In this document: in pieces, positions 50,006-64,000 of the stretch
How positions within the stretch are numbered: the first letter of the stretch is position 1
Layout of the letters: the number at the start of each line of letters is the position of its first letter
Origin: Balanoglossus misakiensis
Taxonomy: Eukaryota > Animalia > Hemichordata
Length of the DNA stretch: 64,000 nt
Direction: 5' to 3'
Assembly: GCA_040954595.2 (NCBI GenBank)
Contig: CM082587.2
Span: forward strand, 8,125,303-8,189,302
Made by a program: the position numbers and the translations under genes
Notes under the pieces: generated by a model
What the model was told of the DNA's origin: nothing
Databases searched by the model: none
Seen by the model: the letters and a program-made list of their open reading frames with translations, nothing else

Positions 50006-52713
50006 AGAGGTTCATTTTTTTTTGTACTGGAGATCTTGGATGGCAGCTTTTGCAATTGACAACCAAACATTGAATATAAAGTTTACATGATACATGTTAA
50101 ACTAGTGTACCATTCCACTTCTTTGGATGCAAAATATATTATCCTTAATTTAATAAACACTGATCATGTTGTTATTAGGCTTTTTATTGACAACGAAAAA
50201 TATTAACCAAATTCAGGAGGAACTGGATGACAGGAACTCTATGAAAAAAATTCTTTACAACTTGGTGTAATACTGAATTTTGTGAAAAAAAAGCATATTA
50301 ATCTATTATTCGAAAAGTTATTTGGTTTGAAATAAACTTGGTTATTTCTGAATTTAATGTGACTCTTGGTTTTGTCTTGTTAGTCATGGCATTGTTTGTG
50401 ATGCATACTTCAATTTGACAGTTTTAGTTATGAATTTGGTAATGATACTTGGTTAGTGGTTGATTTCGGTTGCAATAACAAGACTTGCCCATGGAGTTTG
50501 ACATCTCTGACACAGAACAGTAAAGACTTTTACAACTGAAATTCTCTACCCTCACTCATCTATTTACATCTGAATAAATAATTTATAACTCTGGTGTTAA
50601 ATTTCACTCTGGCTGCAAATTTAATCAAAAATCTTATCAACACAGATAATTCTCCGCTAATGGTTACCGCTGGTAACTACTATACACCAGTACGCGAATC
50701 TCTTCTACTTGGGAGAACGCTACAAAATGCGAGTTGCTAACATCGCTCCAATATAGATGAACCCAAAAATTCGACATTCTCTTTAAATTCATTTTAATAA
50801 ATACACATTTCATAAATGAGTGGTTTTGTAAGAAATGACAAAGACTATCAAAGACATCTGCTGAAATACTCTCCTTCATTGCAAGTCTCAAGTTCCTATT
50901 CTAAAAAATACACTGATAAGTATTATGGGATAATCATGACCTGTGACCTTTGCACTGAAAGCACAGGCTACGATCTGAGAGCGAATCTTGTGAAATTACA
51001 CTATGGCCAGCACAATGTAGGGCAGATTGAACTTACATAAAATAGCACAACTTGACCAATATTTGGTCAAAATAAAATGGCAGCAATTACGACAACAGAA
51101 AATCAAAAAAATATGTTGCAGATTCCCTGATCTGTAAAGTTTAGACTTGAGGAAAAACGTTTAAGTACAGATGTTTGGCATTAGTATACGACATGATTTC
51201 TTGAAATTAATCTGTACCCGATTACTACAGCTTTGCCTAAATATCCATCATTTGATTTTTTTTATTGTAAATGTATGCTACATACTGGCATTATGCAAGT
51301 GCTAAACAGCATGTCTTGGTGTATTATGCACTCGATGTACAAAAGGAACATTTGTAAATGTCGTAAAACTACAAGCAACATAGCATGGGAATAAGTAAGT
51401 TCTTTTACAATATCTCTGAAATGTCATTTGATCATGAATTCACAAAGGTGATGGTGAAAACAAATTTGCAAAGGTGATGGTGAAAGAAATTCTCCTTCAA
51501 GATTAAATGTGATAAGAAAATATTTCAAGCTGCGTAAGTGACTGACACCTTTAACCCTTTCACCCCCAGTTCCCTCTTTAGAGGTCCATCCTACCATAGA
51601 AAACAATGGCTTTGGACTGAACCATGGTGGTGAAAGGGTCAATACAATTTTTTTGTTGGCTTATTTTGAATGACATCTTCTAGATTGCAGAGTTTATTTT
51701 AAAAAAGAGGGAATCGTAATTTCACAGTATTTCAAGAATGCATACTTGCATTAATCTGCAAATTCACAGCAAAGTAAGCACACAGATATTCATCCACATA
51801 CAGTCGATCTTTTATAGCGTCCTATAAAATACAGATTTTTTTACCAACTATAGAAATTTGATGATTCATAATTCTTCATTGGTCATATTATTCACGATTT
51901 TTTAGAACGTTGGTTTGCGTACCCAGCAAACCTAGTATTCAAAATATTCCGCCGGCTTTTTTGCAGGATGGACACAGCGTAAAATTCACTGTACGATATT
52001 GGGATGTACGGAAATGTTCATGATAACAAAATAGAGGGCACCATGACATCCACAGATAGAAACCCACGATGAATCATGTAAACTCTTTTTACGTGAAAAG
52101 GATTGAGCTGAAGAATCACATTTAATAAGTATTCACATCTATCAGTTATTATGACAGAAACTCTTGGAGTGAAAATTATGGAATTTGTGAAAAATCAAGG
52201 AGGCAGCAATTTTGTTCACATTGGAAGTAATCAGGCCATTTATGATTTCCTTACTTAAAAACATTTATTAAATGTTTAGTTAATTTATATTATTTCTATT
52301 TCGTACATATGGGTGACTCTGAAAGGGAAAAATTATTATTTTCAAATAAATGATGCTTGAAAAGAGTTGTAAACGGTTAAGCTTTAACCTTTGACCCCAA
52401 CCCAAGCAATATAATCATTGTTGTAATTTTTTGTAGAATTTTGCCAGCATAGTAGCTCCATGATAAAACTGCAAGTTAGTAAGAAATTTTAATTGCACAA
52501 AAGACATTTTACATGAAGATTTTTTTTCTGATCGATGAAGGGGAATGTTGTTTTTTTCAAAGCTTTATAGACTTATAGAAGCGTAATGTAAAGTTGGCAA
52601 GTTCTAGACTATTGCACACAAAATGGCCATAGTGCATAGGTAGTCACCGTGTCTTCTAAACAGTGTCACAATAATTCAGACACTTGTTGCAGCCAAATTT
52701 CAGACAATCACTG

Positions 52714-55700
52714 TCAGACGGTTGTCGGGATTGGTTTCACCAGTCCTAATGCACTTGCTGCTTCCAATATCTGCCAAAGACAGAATGAGATTACAGCTAT
52801 CAGCACATCCGATGATATTTTCAATAGACTGTTGAGAATACTGTGTGTCTACAGAGTTAGTTATCAGTATAAGAGATGTAGAAATGCACAACGATTTTTC
52901 ACTCATCAAAGCATTCTTTTAGTAATGAGAAGCTGTATTTTGATTGCAATTAACATATGTATTAAAATACAAACATTATATATTAAAATAGTTCGAAAGA
53001 AGGTTTGACGGTCGGTAATATTTTTCAACAAGACATGTTTACCATTATAAGTTTCAGCATAAGACAGAAGAATTTGTTTCAACATGCGAAATTTGGCCAA
53101 AATCCCCATGTAAACTACAGTGCCATTTTAATTCATGATAGTCTGCGCATGCATGCATTACAATGTTGATTTTCTCCATTAACTTGTATATACCTGTTTC
53201 ATACAATCTTCACAATCCTTTTTCGACCTTGACAACAGATCTGCCTGCCCTTTCAAAACACGGATATTCCAGGCAAAACTCTCTTGTGCCTTCATGGATA
53301 TAAAAGAATATTTTACAAGTGAAATCAGAAAAATGGTTTGTACGGGTAAATTCTCCCAACCTTCAATAGGTTTTTGGCTACCTAGCTAAGTGAGGAAACC
53401 CTCATACGGTCAAAAGAATTTCAAGATGGCCGATTTTTGCCATTGTTATTGTGTGCAATATTTGAATTCAATTCCGGACAAGAATTCATTTGTCAACAAC
53501 AACAATGGCCATTATACACATACAGGATATGTCGACAAGCAGAGTCGAGTACTGGCAAAATAGTATTAGCATGCTGTCTGGAGTAGAACAAGAAATTGCA
53601 TTTGGAACAGAGAACAAAAATACTAAAAATAAAACCAAAAGTGGATTATATTAAGAATCATATAAAAGAGATAATTATGAGACAGATGATGTCTGTGGCT
53701 TTTTTTACTAAATCCTTTTCAGCAGACAGGAAGTGACTAAATGATGGTCTTAATTATTATCTTTACACTGACATTCTGTTTCTGTCCTGGCAACCATTCG
53801 ATTTGTAAATATTCAGAAGCTTGTAATATTACCTTGGTGATTTTTCTGCCTTTCAGACCTTCTTTTGCCGACAACGTGTGAAGTTCTTCCTACAATATAA
53901 AGGGTCAAAGGGCAATGATCAGTTTAACTTTTTAATGACTATTCTCAGTGTGTTTGTCTGCAACAAGTATCACTTCTGTTCCAGTAAACAGATCGGACTG
54001 TTTCTGAAATGTTCTTGATACAGGAAATGTACCTTGAATTGAAAATATGATACAAAACAGGATGTTTGCCACTGAAACGACCGTAGTAACGCGTTTTGAA
54101 ATTCTCATGATAGTGATAGTATGGATGATCCCATCTGTTGGATAATAGGGGTGATAGGGTCCAAATACTTACATGCCACTCAAGTCCATTAATTTTACAC
54201 TGTTCAAGTCGACTGACAACATCGTCTGCTTTTTCTATCAAAACTTTACTCTCTGCAACCATCTGTGGAGAATATAAATGACATTCATGGCTATGTGTTT
54301 ACGATTTGACTTCCTAATACCCACAGTGCTGGCTGAGTTTTATTATAGTGGAAAACTCGTGTATTGCCTTGCACTCTGGACTGAAAGATTCAGTCGTGTG
54401 AGGGCACTCCGACATAGGCACACCAGAGTGCCTACACACGACTGAACCTTTCAGTCTACCTTGCACTTGTAAACACAACCTTAAATATACGACAATAACA
54501 GTAGGGAACTTATCAGACATCTGTACACATGAAGAGGCAAATTTCAATTCTTTTTGATGTTGAATATTCACGTGGTTTCATCCTCTGCTTATCTTTGTGT
54601 TACTTGATTTTTAGATATTAATGGCTGGTGAAGGATTAAAATGTACTGACACTGTGGCAGAAACCATTCACTGACCTGTTCGTAGGCTGCCAGTGCTTTC
54701 TTCAACATGTCAGGAATACTGCCCTCTGCTTGCAGCTCTGGAAACTAGAGTTGAGAGTTAAAAGGTTAAAGGGCACAGCCAAAAGTGTTATTGTATTGTT
54801 GAGACTGCATTTCTCTTTAATTCTCAGTGCCCAGGATATGAACCTTTCAATTTTTGAAAATCCTGTAGCCGAAGCACCTGTCTTGATCAGTTTGAAATAT
54901 AATCATCCCAATCAGTTTTTATGTAAATAATTGTTTCTTTTTCTACCAGCCATGCCAGGGTTTTTATTCACCCCGTGGGCCATCATCAGGATACAATTTT
55001 AGTCATAATTTTTATACATTAACATCATCATTATCATGAATATAATATACAAACATAATAAATTGAAGGAAATAGCTTATAGGACAGAAAAGCATAAGAA
55101 GAGCTTTGTACAGTATTTTGGAGTTTGTGAAAACCTCTTACTTTGTCTTTCATTTCCAACATCAACACGAGATTTTCTGTTGAATGAGTCTGTAACCTTG
55201 TTGCCAGAACTCGGACACACTGCTTGATATTTGCAATTGATGCCAGACCGCAGCATTCTTTGAATCGGATCAAGGTGTTCTGCACATTCTCCCGTAAGTC
55301 GGTGGCTTCCTTCAAGGGTTGAATAGCTGCCTGTGAAAAGAAACAGAGTCTTAGCTGCAAAACTCTTCCTACAGATGCAGTGGTTTAAGACCAAGTGTAT
55401 TCAGGTTTGTTATGACCTGGGTCACTGCAATTGGACTAAAATTTACACATCAACCAGCCAGTACCGGTCTCTTGATGTGACAAGACAACAACTCACACAT
55501 TGCCAAGAGCCACTTACTACATGTTGCATCGCTATTTTAGTACAGTCGAGTTGCAGTGACCCAGGTCACACTGACAGATCAGCCAATCAGCGGATGATGG
55601 AAATGCTGTCAGCGGCCATTTTGTTTTACTAATCGTTCTATGGTATTTCCCCAAAATCAATTCAAAGCCATTTGTGAAGGACGTGCTTCACATTTGTCAG

Positions 55701-58700
55701 GAAAACACTCACATTGAAAGGAGCCTCTTGCTCTACTAGAAAATAACATTTTCTTCATTCAAAGACTATTTACTTGATAATAACTGGACACATATTAGTA
55801 CCTACGGCACTGTGCTCCCATTCCAACATAATTCAAGTGTGATGTACATGTACACTTGATCGGCTACACACAGCCACAACAATACAACAGCATAACTATA
55901 GTGCAAGTTGTACGTGCACTTACTTTAAAGGTTTCGTCAATACACTTCACACCGACAACTCGAAGATTGGTGTATTCACGTTGGCGTCTTGACTTCTTGA
56001 CCGACATTCCTCGCTTGGTTGGTTTCTGTAAACAGCGACAAAAGATCTTCAAATTAATTGCTGAAGAAAGTTTTTGACGACATGTGAAGATTTTGTGCTC
56101 TCTTAATATCAATGTTCCAAGGTTTATACAAAATTACATTGCCTGATGATGAATTACACTCTGTCATGTACCCATGTCTAAAATGACAGTCACTTCATTG
56201 CATAGGCAATCATTTTATCCCCAACTTGAATACCCACAAATATGAACTTCCAAGTTAAATATAATGTTACCATTGACAACTATATACATTTTCAGTCCCA
56301 GGTTTTATTTCATTTATCAACATTATTTATCTATTTATTTAAAAGTGAACTCCACAAAATATCACAAATCATTATCAAACACAATTACTATAACAAATTT
56401 TCAACAATAAATTTTCAGGATGGTCTTCAACAGACATGATTTGATCTGGCAACTGAATGCATGAACAATATAATTTGGGATAGAGTATCTTGTGTCATGT
56501 CTGTTTAGTTGATGTAATTTATATGAATCTTACACTTTTCTTCAAAATTCTCTTCACTGTAAGACTGAAATTTATACTAGACACACTTTGTATATCTCGA
56601 CAGGTGCAACAATGCACCTTGCAGCTAATAGCTTTATATGTATGCACTTAGTCATAGCTGACCAACTCCACATGCCCTAAACAGCTTCATGCATGAATGT
56701 ATTACTTGAAAACATTGAAAGCTCTCAAGGAATGTATAAGAAGAACAAGTTGTACTTTATTGCAGTGCAAATAACTGGAGCATGTACTTGAGTTGTTGGA
56801 AATTTGTACACTTTTAACTCTTGGCTGTATTAAAGTGGACTTTATATACACAAATATTGGCAAAATGAAATGGAGAATAATATCCCCTTAGGTGGTATTT
56901 AAATTTGCAATCTACATGATAACTTTTTAATATAAAAATACAACTAAGAAATTAAATTTTTCATGTGTTTTGTACCACTTCATTTACATTTAGTCATGTG
57001 TGCTTCAGGTGGTGTGACTAGGAATAGTCAAACAGGAGCCAGCCACTGCATTAGAATTTTAGGATCACACTTCAGACAATGGTCATTTGTGATGCAGCAG
57101 CTGATGTCATTGAACTTGACTTCCAAACTACATGACTCGACTGACAGTTACAATGGGGGTATTGTACAGTGGAACCTGTCAATAGTGGCCAGTCAAGGGA
57201 CTTTCCTAAACTGGCCTTTATAGTCAGGTGGCTTTTATAGACTGGTCAATTAATTCACATGTAAATTGCACAGGAACTGTACAAAGTGGCCACTATAAAG
57301 AGGTGGCCATTAACACAGGCTTGACTGTACGTGAACACCTATTCTTGGAGATGCCATCACACTCACTTTACACACTCAGTGCAAGTGCAACGTTCTCTCT
57401 GCCATTTTCCATGGTCTGTTGGACGCTCACTCTGTCACTTTCAGGACCCTTCCATTATCCTGAAGAGTCCTCTTCACTGCACTCAGAACTAACACACTTA
57501 ATACTACACAGCTTCCCTTGACAATCTTCAGTGCAGTGTTGGTCAATGACTATTGAAGGGTTGATTCAAAGTGCTGTGGTGTCATTTTCACTGAACATAA
57601 ATATAATGTTCAAATTTTTATCTGAACCAAGTTTTATATTAGTGGGCACATTTTGGGGTATGTCAAAAGCTATCCATTCTACATCATCATCTCCAAGCAG
57701 ACAATGTGAAAACAAGGCCAGTAAGCCACAGAGTACTGCTTGAGCTCGTCTGGTTTGTTGTATCTACATGTATGATACAATTTGCCTGTAAAAATTACCT
57801 TACAATACAATGTGGCTGTCGAACGTCTTTCCCAACTACAGCGACAATACAAAAGACGATAACAGTTTTACTCCGAGGCCTACTGGCCTTGTTTTCACAT
57901 TGTCTATGGAAGGGCGCCCTCTTTATGAATAAGGCGTATCATCGTCCAGTTTAGACAGGTTTCACCGTAACGCAGATGTTGATAATTATCCATACTTACA
58001 CCCCCTCCTCGCCTATTGGTGATGGCAATATGTACAAACAATGATGCATTTCCTAACGGTTCTCCCGTATTTGACAGCAGGCCAATGTGTCTGTAACCTG
58101 CAATCAAAGACAACATTTTCTATTACCTCCATTTTGCATTCATGATAAACATAACCATAATCATTTTACATAGCACTATTCATAATAAATTATCTCAATG
58201 AGCTCTGCATAAAAAATAAAACTGACAATCATTTTCTTGTAAAGTACTTTTTGTGAGGTACAGTAACTGTAGTTTTTCATGTTTATAACCTTAATCTTAT
58301 ACGACAAGTAAATAGGACAAACTCAACTGTCAAACTTGACTGACTGATTGCATAGAGTGAATTTGCATGTCTGACTGAACACAAGAAAAAGTGTAGTGTT
58401 GCGATCTTACCTGGTTGTAAGCATTCAAATGGAATGGTGTACTGGCCAATAAATTCATCTCCAATGTAATCATCGTCCAAAACCACAAATCTGACCAACG
58501 CTAATTCTGGTAAATTCACTGTGAATTCAAAACTCTCATCAAAAAGAGGATTGTAACCTGTTGAAAAAATAAAGAGTACAATTAGTTTGTTTTGGTATTA
58601 TGAATAAAAGCTTGTTCCTATCACTATAACACTGAATCCAGCACTGATGTTTTCATTCTGTGGTAATTGTCCCTCAAATATCAGTGAACCATAAATTTAC

Positions 58701-61700
58701 TGATAATTTAAACAAAACTATCAACAGACCTGACTCCTAAGGTAACTAAACTGACTGACTAACAGACCAACCGACCAACTGACTGACTCAACACCTTAAA
58801 CATATACTGTATATAAACTGAATCACAGCCTCTAAAAACCAGTATAACTTTAGCAGATCATTTGATCGCCCACACATCAGCTTAGTGATAATGACAAACT
58901 GGATGAATGAGATTATCATTGGTGCAACATTATGAATCAGAATTTATAACCATTAGTGGAGGTATAAAGGAATAGTCATGAATAATTTAGAGTAATTAGA
59001 ATAATAACGCTATTTTGATTGTTAAGATGATGATGAAATTTACAAATCATTTCTTACCATTGTGAGGTACTGACTTGGTCCGTTCCTCAGCACAGTCAGC
59101 TGGTATCCCAAAGATTTCCATGGAAACATACGGGTCTATGGCCTGTGGAACACGATCAATACATGTTACATGGTATATAAGGCAAACAGAGACTGAATTA
59201 AATAGGCACTGGATGCTCACATGACATTCTTTTCAGTAAGATCTGCTTAAAGCCCCACATGCTGCCTTTTTGACAACACTCATGTGCATATTCCACGATA
59301 GTTGTAAACTCTTGCAATGGGCAATTGAAAAAATGGGTGTGGCACCCATTTATTATTTGACATGTTTATATTTAAATGTACAGCCACAACCAATGGTTGA
59401 TAATATGTTTGTGCTTACCCATCAGTTAATTCATTTAAATGGACCATTTAAGTTTGAATGTATATTACGCAAAATTGGCAGCTATTTGGGCTTAATAACT
59501 GAATCTAATACCCTAGCCCTAGGGCTAACTAATGCATAGGTGGTAAAAATGTCCTGACACATTTTCTGTAACCAAGTTTCTACAATCTACGAAAACGACA
59601 GCCTGATCGCGCAGCTGTAATATCACACACACTTACATCTCCTTTAGCTCCCGATCCTTTGGGTTTGGGAAATTGTTGGCCGCTCACAATTTTGATGTGA
59701 AGTATTTGTGGAGAGACTCCTGGTATCATCTCCTTGGTGTTAGCACTGAAGAAAGCTATCTCTGTGGAAACAAAACATGGTAGGTGGTGATGTACCAACC
59801 AAAACGTGGAAATATCATCAAAGTAGTCAACCAGGAATCATGCCATAATAGACCACTTTGCGGATAGGGTATCTGCAATGCATGATGGTATAATTTGCGT
59901 TCAACATGGCGTCTAATACATGGCTAACGCACGCGCTCACAACGCAAACTGTCCCACAACACCCTGCGTTATTCTATCCGTGAAGTGGTCCATGCATGAT
60001 ATGGCAGCTTTTCCATGCAAATATGGAAATAAATTGGCATTATTTCTACACAATAACATTTGCTACTTTCATTTTTTCATGAATTTAGTGTGCATTTCAT
60101 TTTCATGTAAATATGCATGAATTATAAAAAGCTTTCTCCATTTATTGCTGAATTGCCAAATATCCCCCTCCCTAACTCTTTTGACCAAATTCAAGCACGG
60201 ACAATCGCCAAATGCACAAAACACAACCAACCTTCTCTCATGACAGCAGGTTTGAGTACATAGCCACAGCCGCCATTTTGTTTGAAGCGACCTTCATAGA
60301 GGTCCATCATTAGCCCTGGCGTCTGGTAATTCTGTGTTACTTGAGGAGATAAAATTAAACACACAATTCAGCCAATCTCTTTTAGAGTTTCACAACTAAC
60401 AATATTGCATTTTCCTAAAATGTTTGGAAGTTAACGGTTGAACAGTCGATTATGAGACAATGGAAGTGATCTGTACAGTACATATCTACTGTTTCTGAAG
60501 CAAATGCTTAGTTGCCAAAATACCCACTGGTACTGGTTCAGTGGTTGCAAGGATAAGCTAAACACTACCAGTTGGTATATTGCCATGGTTTTGGGAGAAT
60601 AACATGAAAGTGTTGTAGGTACACAAAACAAACATTGGCAAATATCATCCATAAATGTTTAGGGTTCCCTATGCAAGAGTAATATGGGCTATATGTAACA
60701 TCTTATTATGGTTGACCCACCCAAGATTAAAGCAATGTGCCACAGGTATTAACCCTTTCACTACAATGGTTTGGTCCAAATCCATTGTTTTTTATAGTAA
60801 AGTTGGACCTCCATAGAGGCAAAAGGGGGTGGAAGGGTTGAATAACTGTAAGTGCAAACCACCAAGTGATGGTATTTCAGGAACCGAGTGTCTGAATTGG
60901 AGGGAGCATTTTTACCTATTTGACAACCACAGTTCCAAAGATCCTGTGGGTTGTAATTGCTTGAGTCAACTCGTATTGTGTTGGGGTAAATCCTGGTTAA
61001 AAATCTCTTGGTATGATTAACAAAATCTTCTGGACAAAGATTAGCAAACTTATTAGCCACTCCCTCGCTCAAGGAACACATCTCCCACACTTTTTCTGAA
61101 ATGAAAAAATAAAATAAAATGGGTTGTTTGCCAACTAAAGGATTACTGCAGTCATGGCATAAAATGTAATAAACTAATACATTAACAAGGTTGTCAAGAA
61201 ACTTAATATCTAATTGAAGGAATACAATCACCATTAATTTTTATATGCCCATATATGGTTAAAAGGGTGCATCTATATCTTCTAATGAACATGTGGTGCC
61301 ACAATTTTTGTGTGGACACCCAAGTGAAATCTGTGATTGGCTGAAATGTAATACAGGACTGGTCACATATTGGATTTTTTGGTCAATTGGGAGTCCCACT
61401 TTATGGTTTCAGATTACATTTTTGGAACTCAACTGCACAACTGCTATCATTTCAACTTCTGCATTTCCAGATGAAATCCAAATTACACATTTGACGGTCA
61501 AATTTGCAAGTGGAAAATTACACATTTGACACTTACGCTTTTGTGCTGACTCGTGGAAATCTTCAAATCTTACTGATTTACATATTGCAATAAGATCTGA
61601 TAGCTCCTTAATGAGAGTGATCTTCTTCAGGCCATCCTGGACAAAATATAAACATTTATGATAATAACATCAAGGCCTGGTTTCAGATGCAATATAAAAC

Positions 61701-63668
61701 AAAGGTTGACAACTTAATACAAACAGTACACTTAGCACATCATGTATATCCTGGGTGTTTCACTTTGGTCTCTTCGGTACGGTCAATATGTCTCAAGGGC
61801 ACCATTTTCAGAAAAAAAAATGATAAATGATTCGCTTTATGACCGCCTCTCACCTTTTTAAGCTTTTTCTTGTCATTATCAATTCCTTCGTCTTCATCCG
61901 TAACTTCTCCTTCATCATCTTTGCATTCCGTGGATAACTTCTTTCCCTGTAGTACCAGTGGGACATCAAAGGATATCAACATTTCTTACAAATGTGACAT
62001 ATTAAGCACATTGGCCTGAATGCAGCCTAAAAACTCAACTGATACCACAGAAAATAATCTGCGCCTAATCAAAAGCAAAGTTACCAGAAAAAGTAATTTC
62101 AAAGAAGTTATTACGAAAAATAAGTGGTCGTGTTAGAACAATGGGTACAGGGCAAAGAGTGATATAACTTACTTTAAGAATAATCTTTCCTTTGAGTTCC
62201 TCAGGTGTTGGCAAGTAATTCTTTCCCACTCCAATCTCTTCTCTGTAAAGCTTATCTGTTAGTACACAATCACAATGAATCATTAGAGTTATAGACACTG
62301 GAAACACAGGTATCCATGGTAACCGTATCACTCTGATGATGCTGATTTTTGAGGATGCGTGTCCTTATTTCTTAAAACTGTTCAATCACCCATCAATATC
62401 TTGCCAATTTTAATACACATATCTTTGTTGTTTACCACAAAACAGACCACTTTGCGGTGACTCACAGACCCAAGGGGGAAGACAGTCATCGTGGTGTTAC
62501 ACAAATGTGGCCTGTCAATATTCATCTTGTAACACACCCCATAGAATGTATCCCCTGTGCAGCCATTTGGCTGCAATATTAAGTGACATCTTCCTTCGTA
62601 TGTTTCTTCATTATAACAAACACTTCAATTGTGATAAATTTCCCTCATTTAAAAAAAAAAGATTGTTTATAAATAACTTTATTAACGAAGGGATAAGATT
62701 TATTCCTGTTTCTTCCAGAACAGGTTTTCTGGAATGGCATGACAGAATGAGATTTGAATGAGATTTGGCACAATGACATTTAGGGACTACAAAACTACAG
62801 TGAAACCTGTCTAAACCAGACACCAATGGGTCTGAAGAACTTATTCGGTTTGTAGAGGTGTCTGGCTTTTAGAGGTTCCTCTAACATGTGGTTCTTGCGA
62901 AAGGGACTGAAAAATGTGTTGGGTATAGGTACATGTAGGTTTCCAGATTACATGTAGACTGGGGTTGGTTTAGACAGGTTTAATTATAGATGCTACTTGC
63001 TCTATTCAAGGCAATCTGGAGCTTACCGCTGAATATTGATGTAAGGCATTTCACAATATATCTTTGTTGTTCTGGACAACAATGGTTTTCTAATGATACA
63101 AAAAGAGGATACCTGAAACAGAGAAGACAAAAATCTCACTTGATATTCTACATACATTAGAGTACATGTACACCCTCATGTACGTGAAATTCTTGCACTT
63201 TTCCTTATCCCACAAATATTTCACAAATTTCTGATAATTACCATGGTAAAACGTGTAGGAAGTACATACAGATATACTGCCAGTACATTGTTTGTAGTCA
63301 TCTAAATATTCATGAAGCTTTTTGAAATGGTAAGCAATATTCTCGATATGAAATTCAGACAATCACTTGAGCCTGTGTATATCTCAAAATGACAATGACT
63401 GAAATACTGGTCATTTCCTGAAATTTTCAGAAAAATTATTCAAGGAAATCACATTACAAGGTTGAAGATACAATGTAAATACTTCAGAGACTTGATTCTG
63501 AGAGTAGGCTAGTATGAACCCTTTGATTTTTATTTGATAAGACTTACGGTGACGCTGTAAATGCGTGTTCATTAATGGCTTCTACAGCTGCTTTCAAAGG
63601 AATCTTGGTTGTCAAGGTGTGTCCATGGTAAATTATGGGTTCATTTTCAGGGCCATCCCAACAATCCA
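52714..63668 (-). CDS. PLCL: Phospholipase C-like protein (PLCL/PRIP family); 5' part lies beyond the right edge
   Basis: Exons: 63668-63548, 63112-63027, 62255-62173, 61946-61854, 61636-61537, 61095-60916, 60339-60232, 59761-59637, 59142-59058, 58557-58411, 58097-58000, 56025-55924, 55330-55142, 54744-54676, 54262-54173, 53889-53833, 53289-53194, 52770-52714. X box [20 protein letters not shown] box TRIYP...DSSNYNPQ, C2 domain [11 protein letters not shown]...[33 protein letters not shown], and the PLCL-specific tail [17 protein letters not shown]. Confidence 0.93.
57167..57327. mobile_element. TA-flanked pogo/Tigger-like MITE (intronic)
   Basis: TA|CAGTGGAACCTGTCAATAGTGGCC ... GGCCATTAACACAGGCTTGACTG|TA. 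Confidence 0.7.
59251..59492. mobile_element. Copy of the 45340-45678 MITE (intronic)
   Basis: TTAA|AGCCCCACATGCTGCC ... GGCAGCTATTTGGGCT. Confidence 0.7.
62798..62986. mobile_element. pogo/Tigger-like MITE (intronic)
   Basis: TA|CAGTGAAACCTGTCTAAACC ... GGTTTAGACAGGTTTAATTA. Confidence 0.65.
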
Positions 63669-64000
63669 CTGCAATAATGAACGGGAGGAAAAAACAGTGA
63701 CAAAATGGAAGCCGTGCCTACATATTATTGACTTGTACATCACACAGTAATAGTGACTGTCATAATGATTAGTGCAAAACACCAAGACTCAACGGGCTTA
63801 TTAGTCACTTTACAACAAAGATAAACATATAAGTCAAATCTGTCTGCAGTCTGACAGACAACAACACAGACCAGCTGCCTGGCTAACACTGCAGTACCAT
63901 CACAATATTCTAAAGTGCAAACAAAGGAATACTTATGGTAAAACTTGGATAAAACTTAAGTTTTATAATCTGTTTATTCTCATTATTTATGCATGAGCTT

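Overview
AT-rich, intron-containing animal genomic DNA, probably from a marine invertebrate deuterostome (acorn worm or echinoderm type; inference only). I assembled seven protein-coding genes by hand from GT-AG exons with consistent phases. (1) A ~130-aa secreted precursor (- strand) with two 6-Cys DGxCDDGG...GTDCxDCGxR modules and a probable GKR amidation signal; the ORF track misses it. (2) An intact 13-exon PKD1/REJ-like gene encoding signal peptide, 2 C-type lectin domains and a GAIN/GPS domain, which stops 11 residues after the HL|T autoproteolysis site and has no membrane region. (3,4) Two ACSF2-like acyl-CoA synthetases with single-exon CDSs, forming an inverted duplication ~24 kb apart, with differences concentrated in the substrate pocket. 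(5) An SLC22 transporter lying head-to-head with one synthetase, with an ~7-kb 88-bp satellite in intron 6. (6) An ST6Gal-type sialyltransferase. (7) The 3' part of a PLCL/PRIP-type phospholipase C that keeps the catalytic His lost in vertebrate PLCLs. Also present: one tRNA-Leu(TAG), a decayed Crypton/DUF3504 recombinase, an L1/Tx1 remnant, many MITEs and microsatellites. All gene models are manual and lack transcript evidence.
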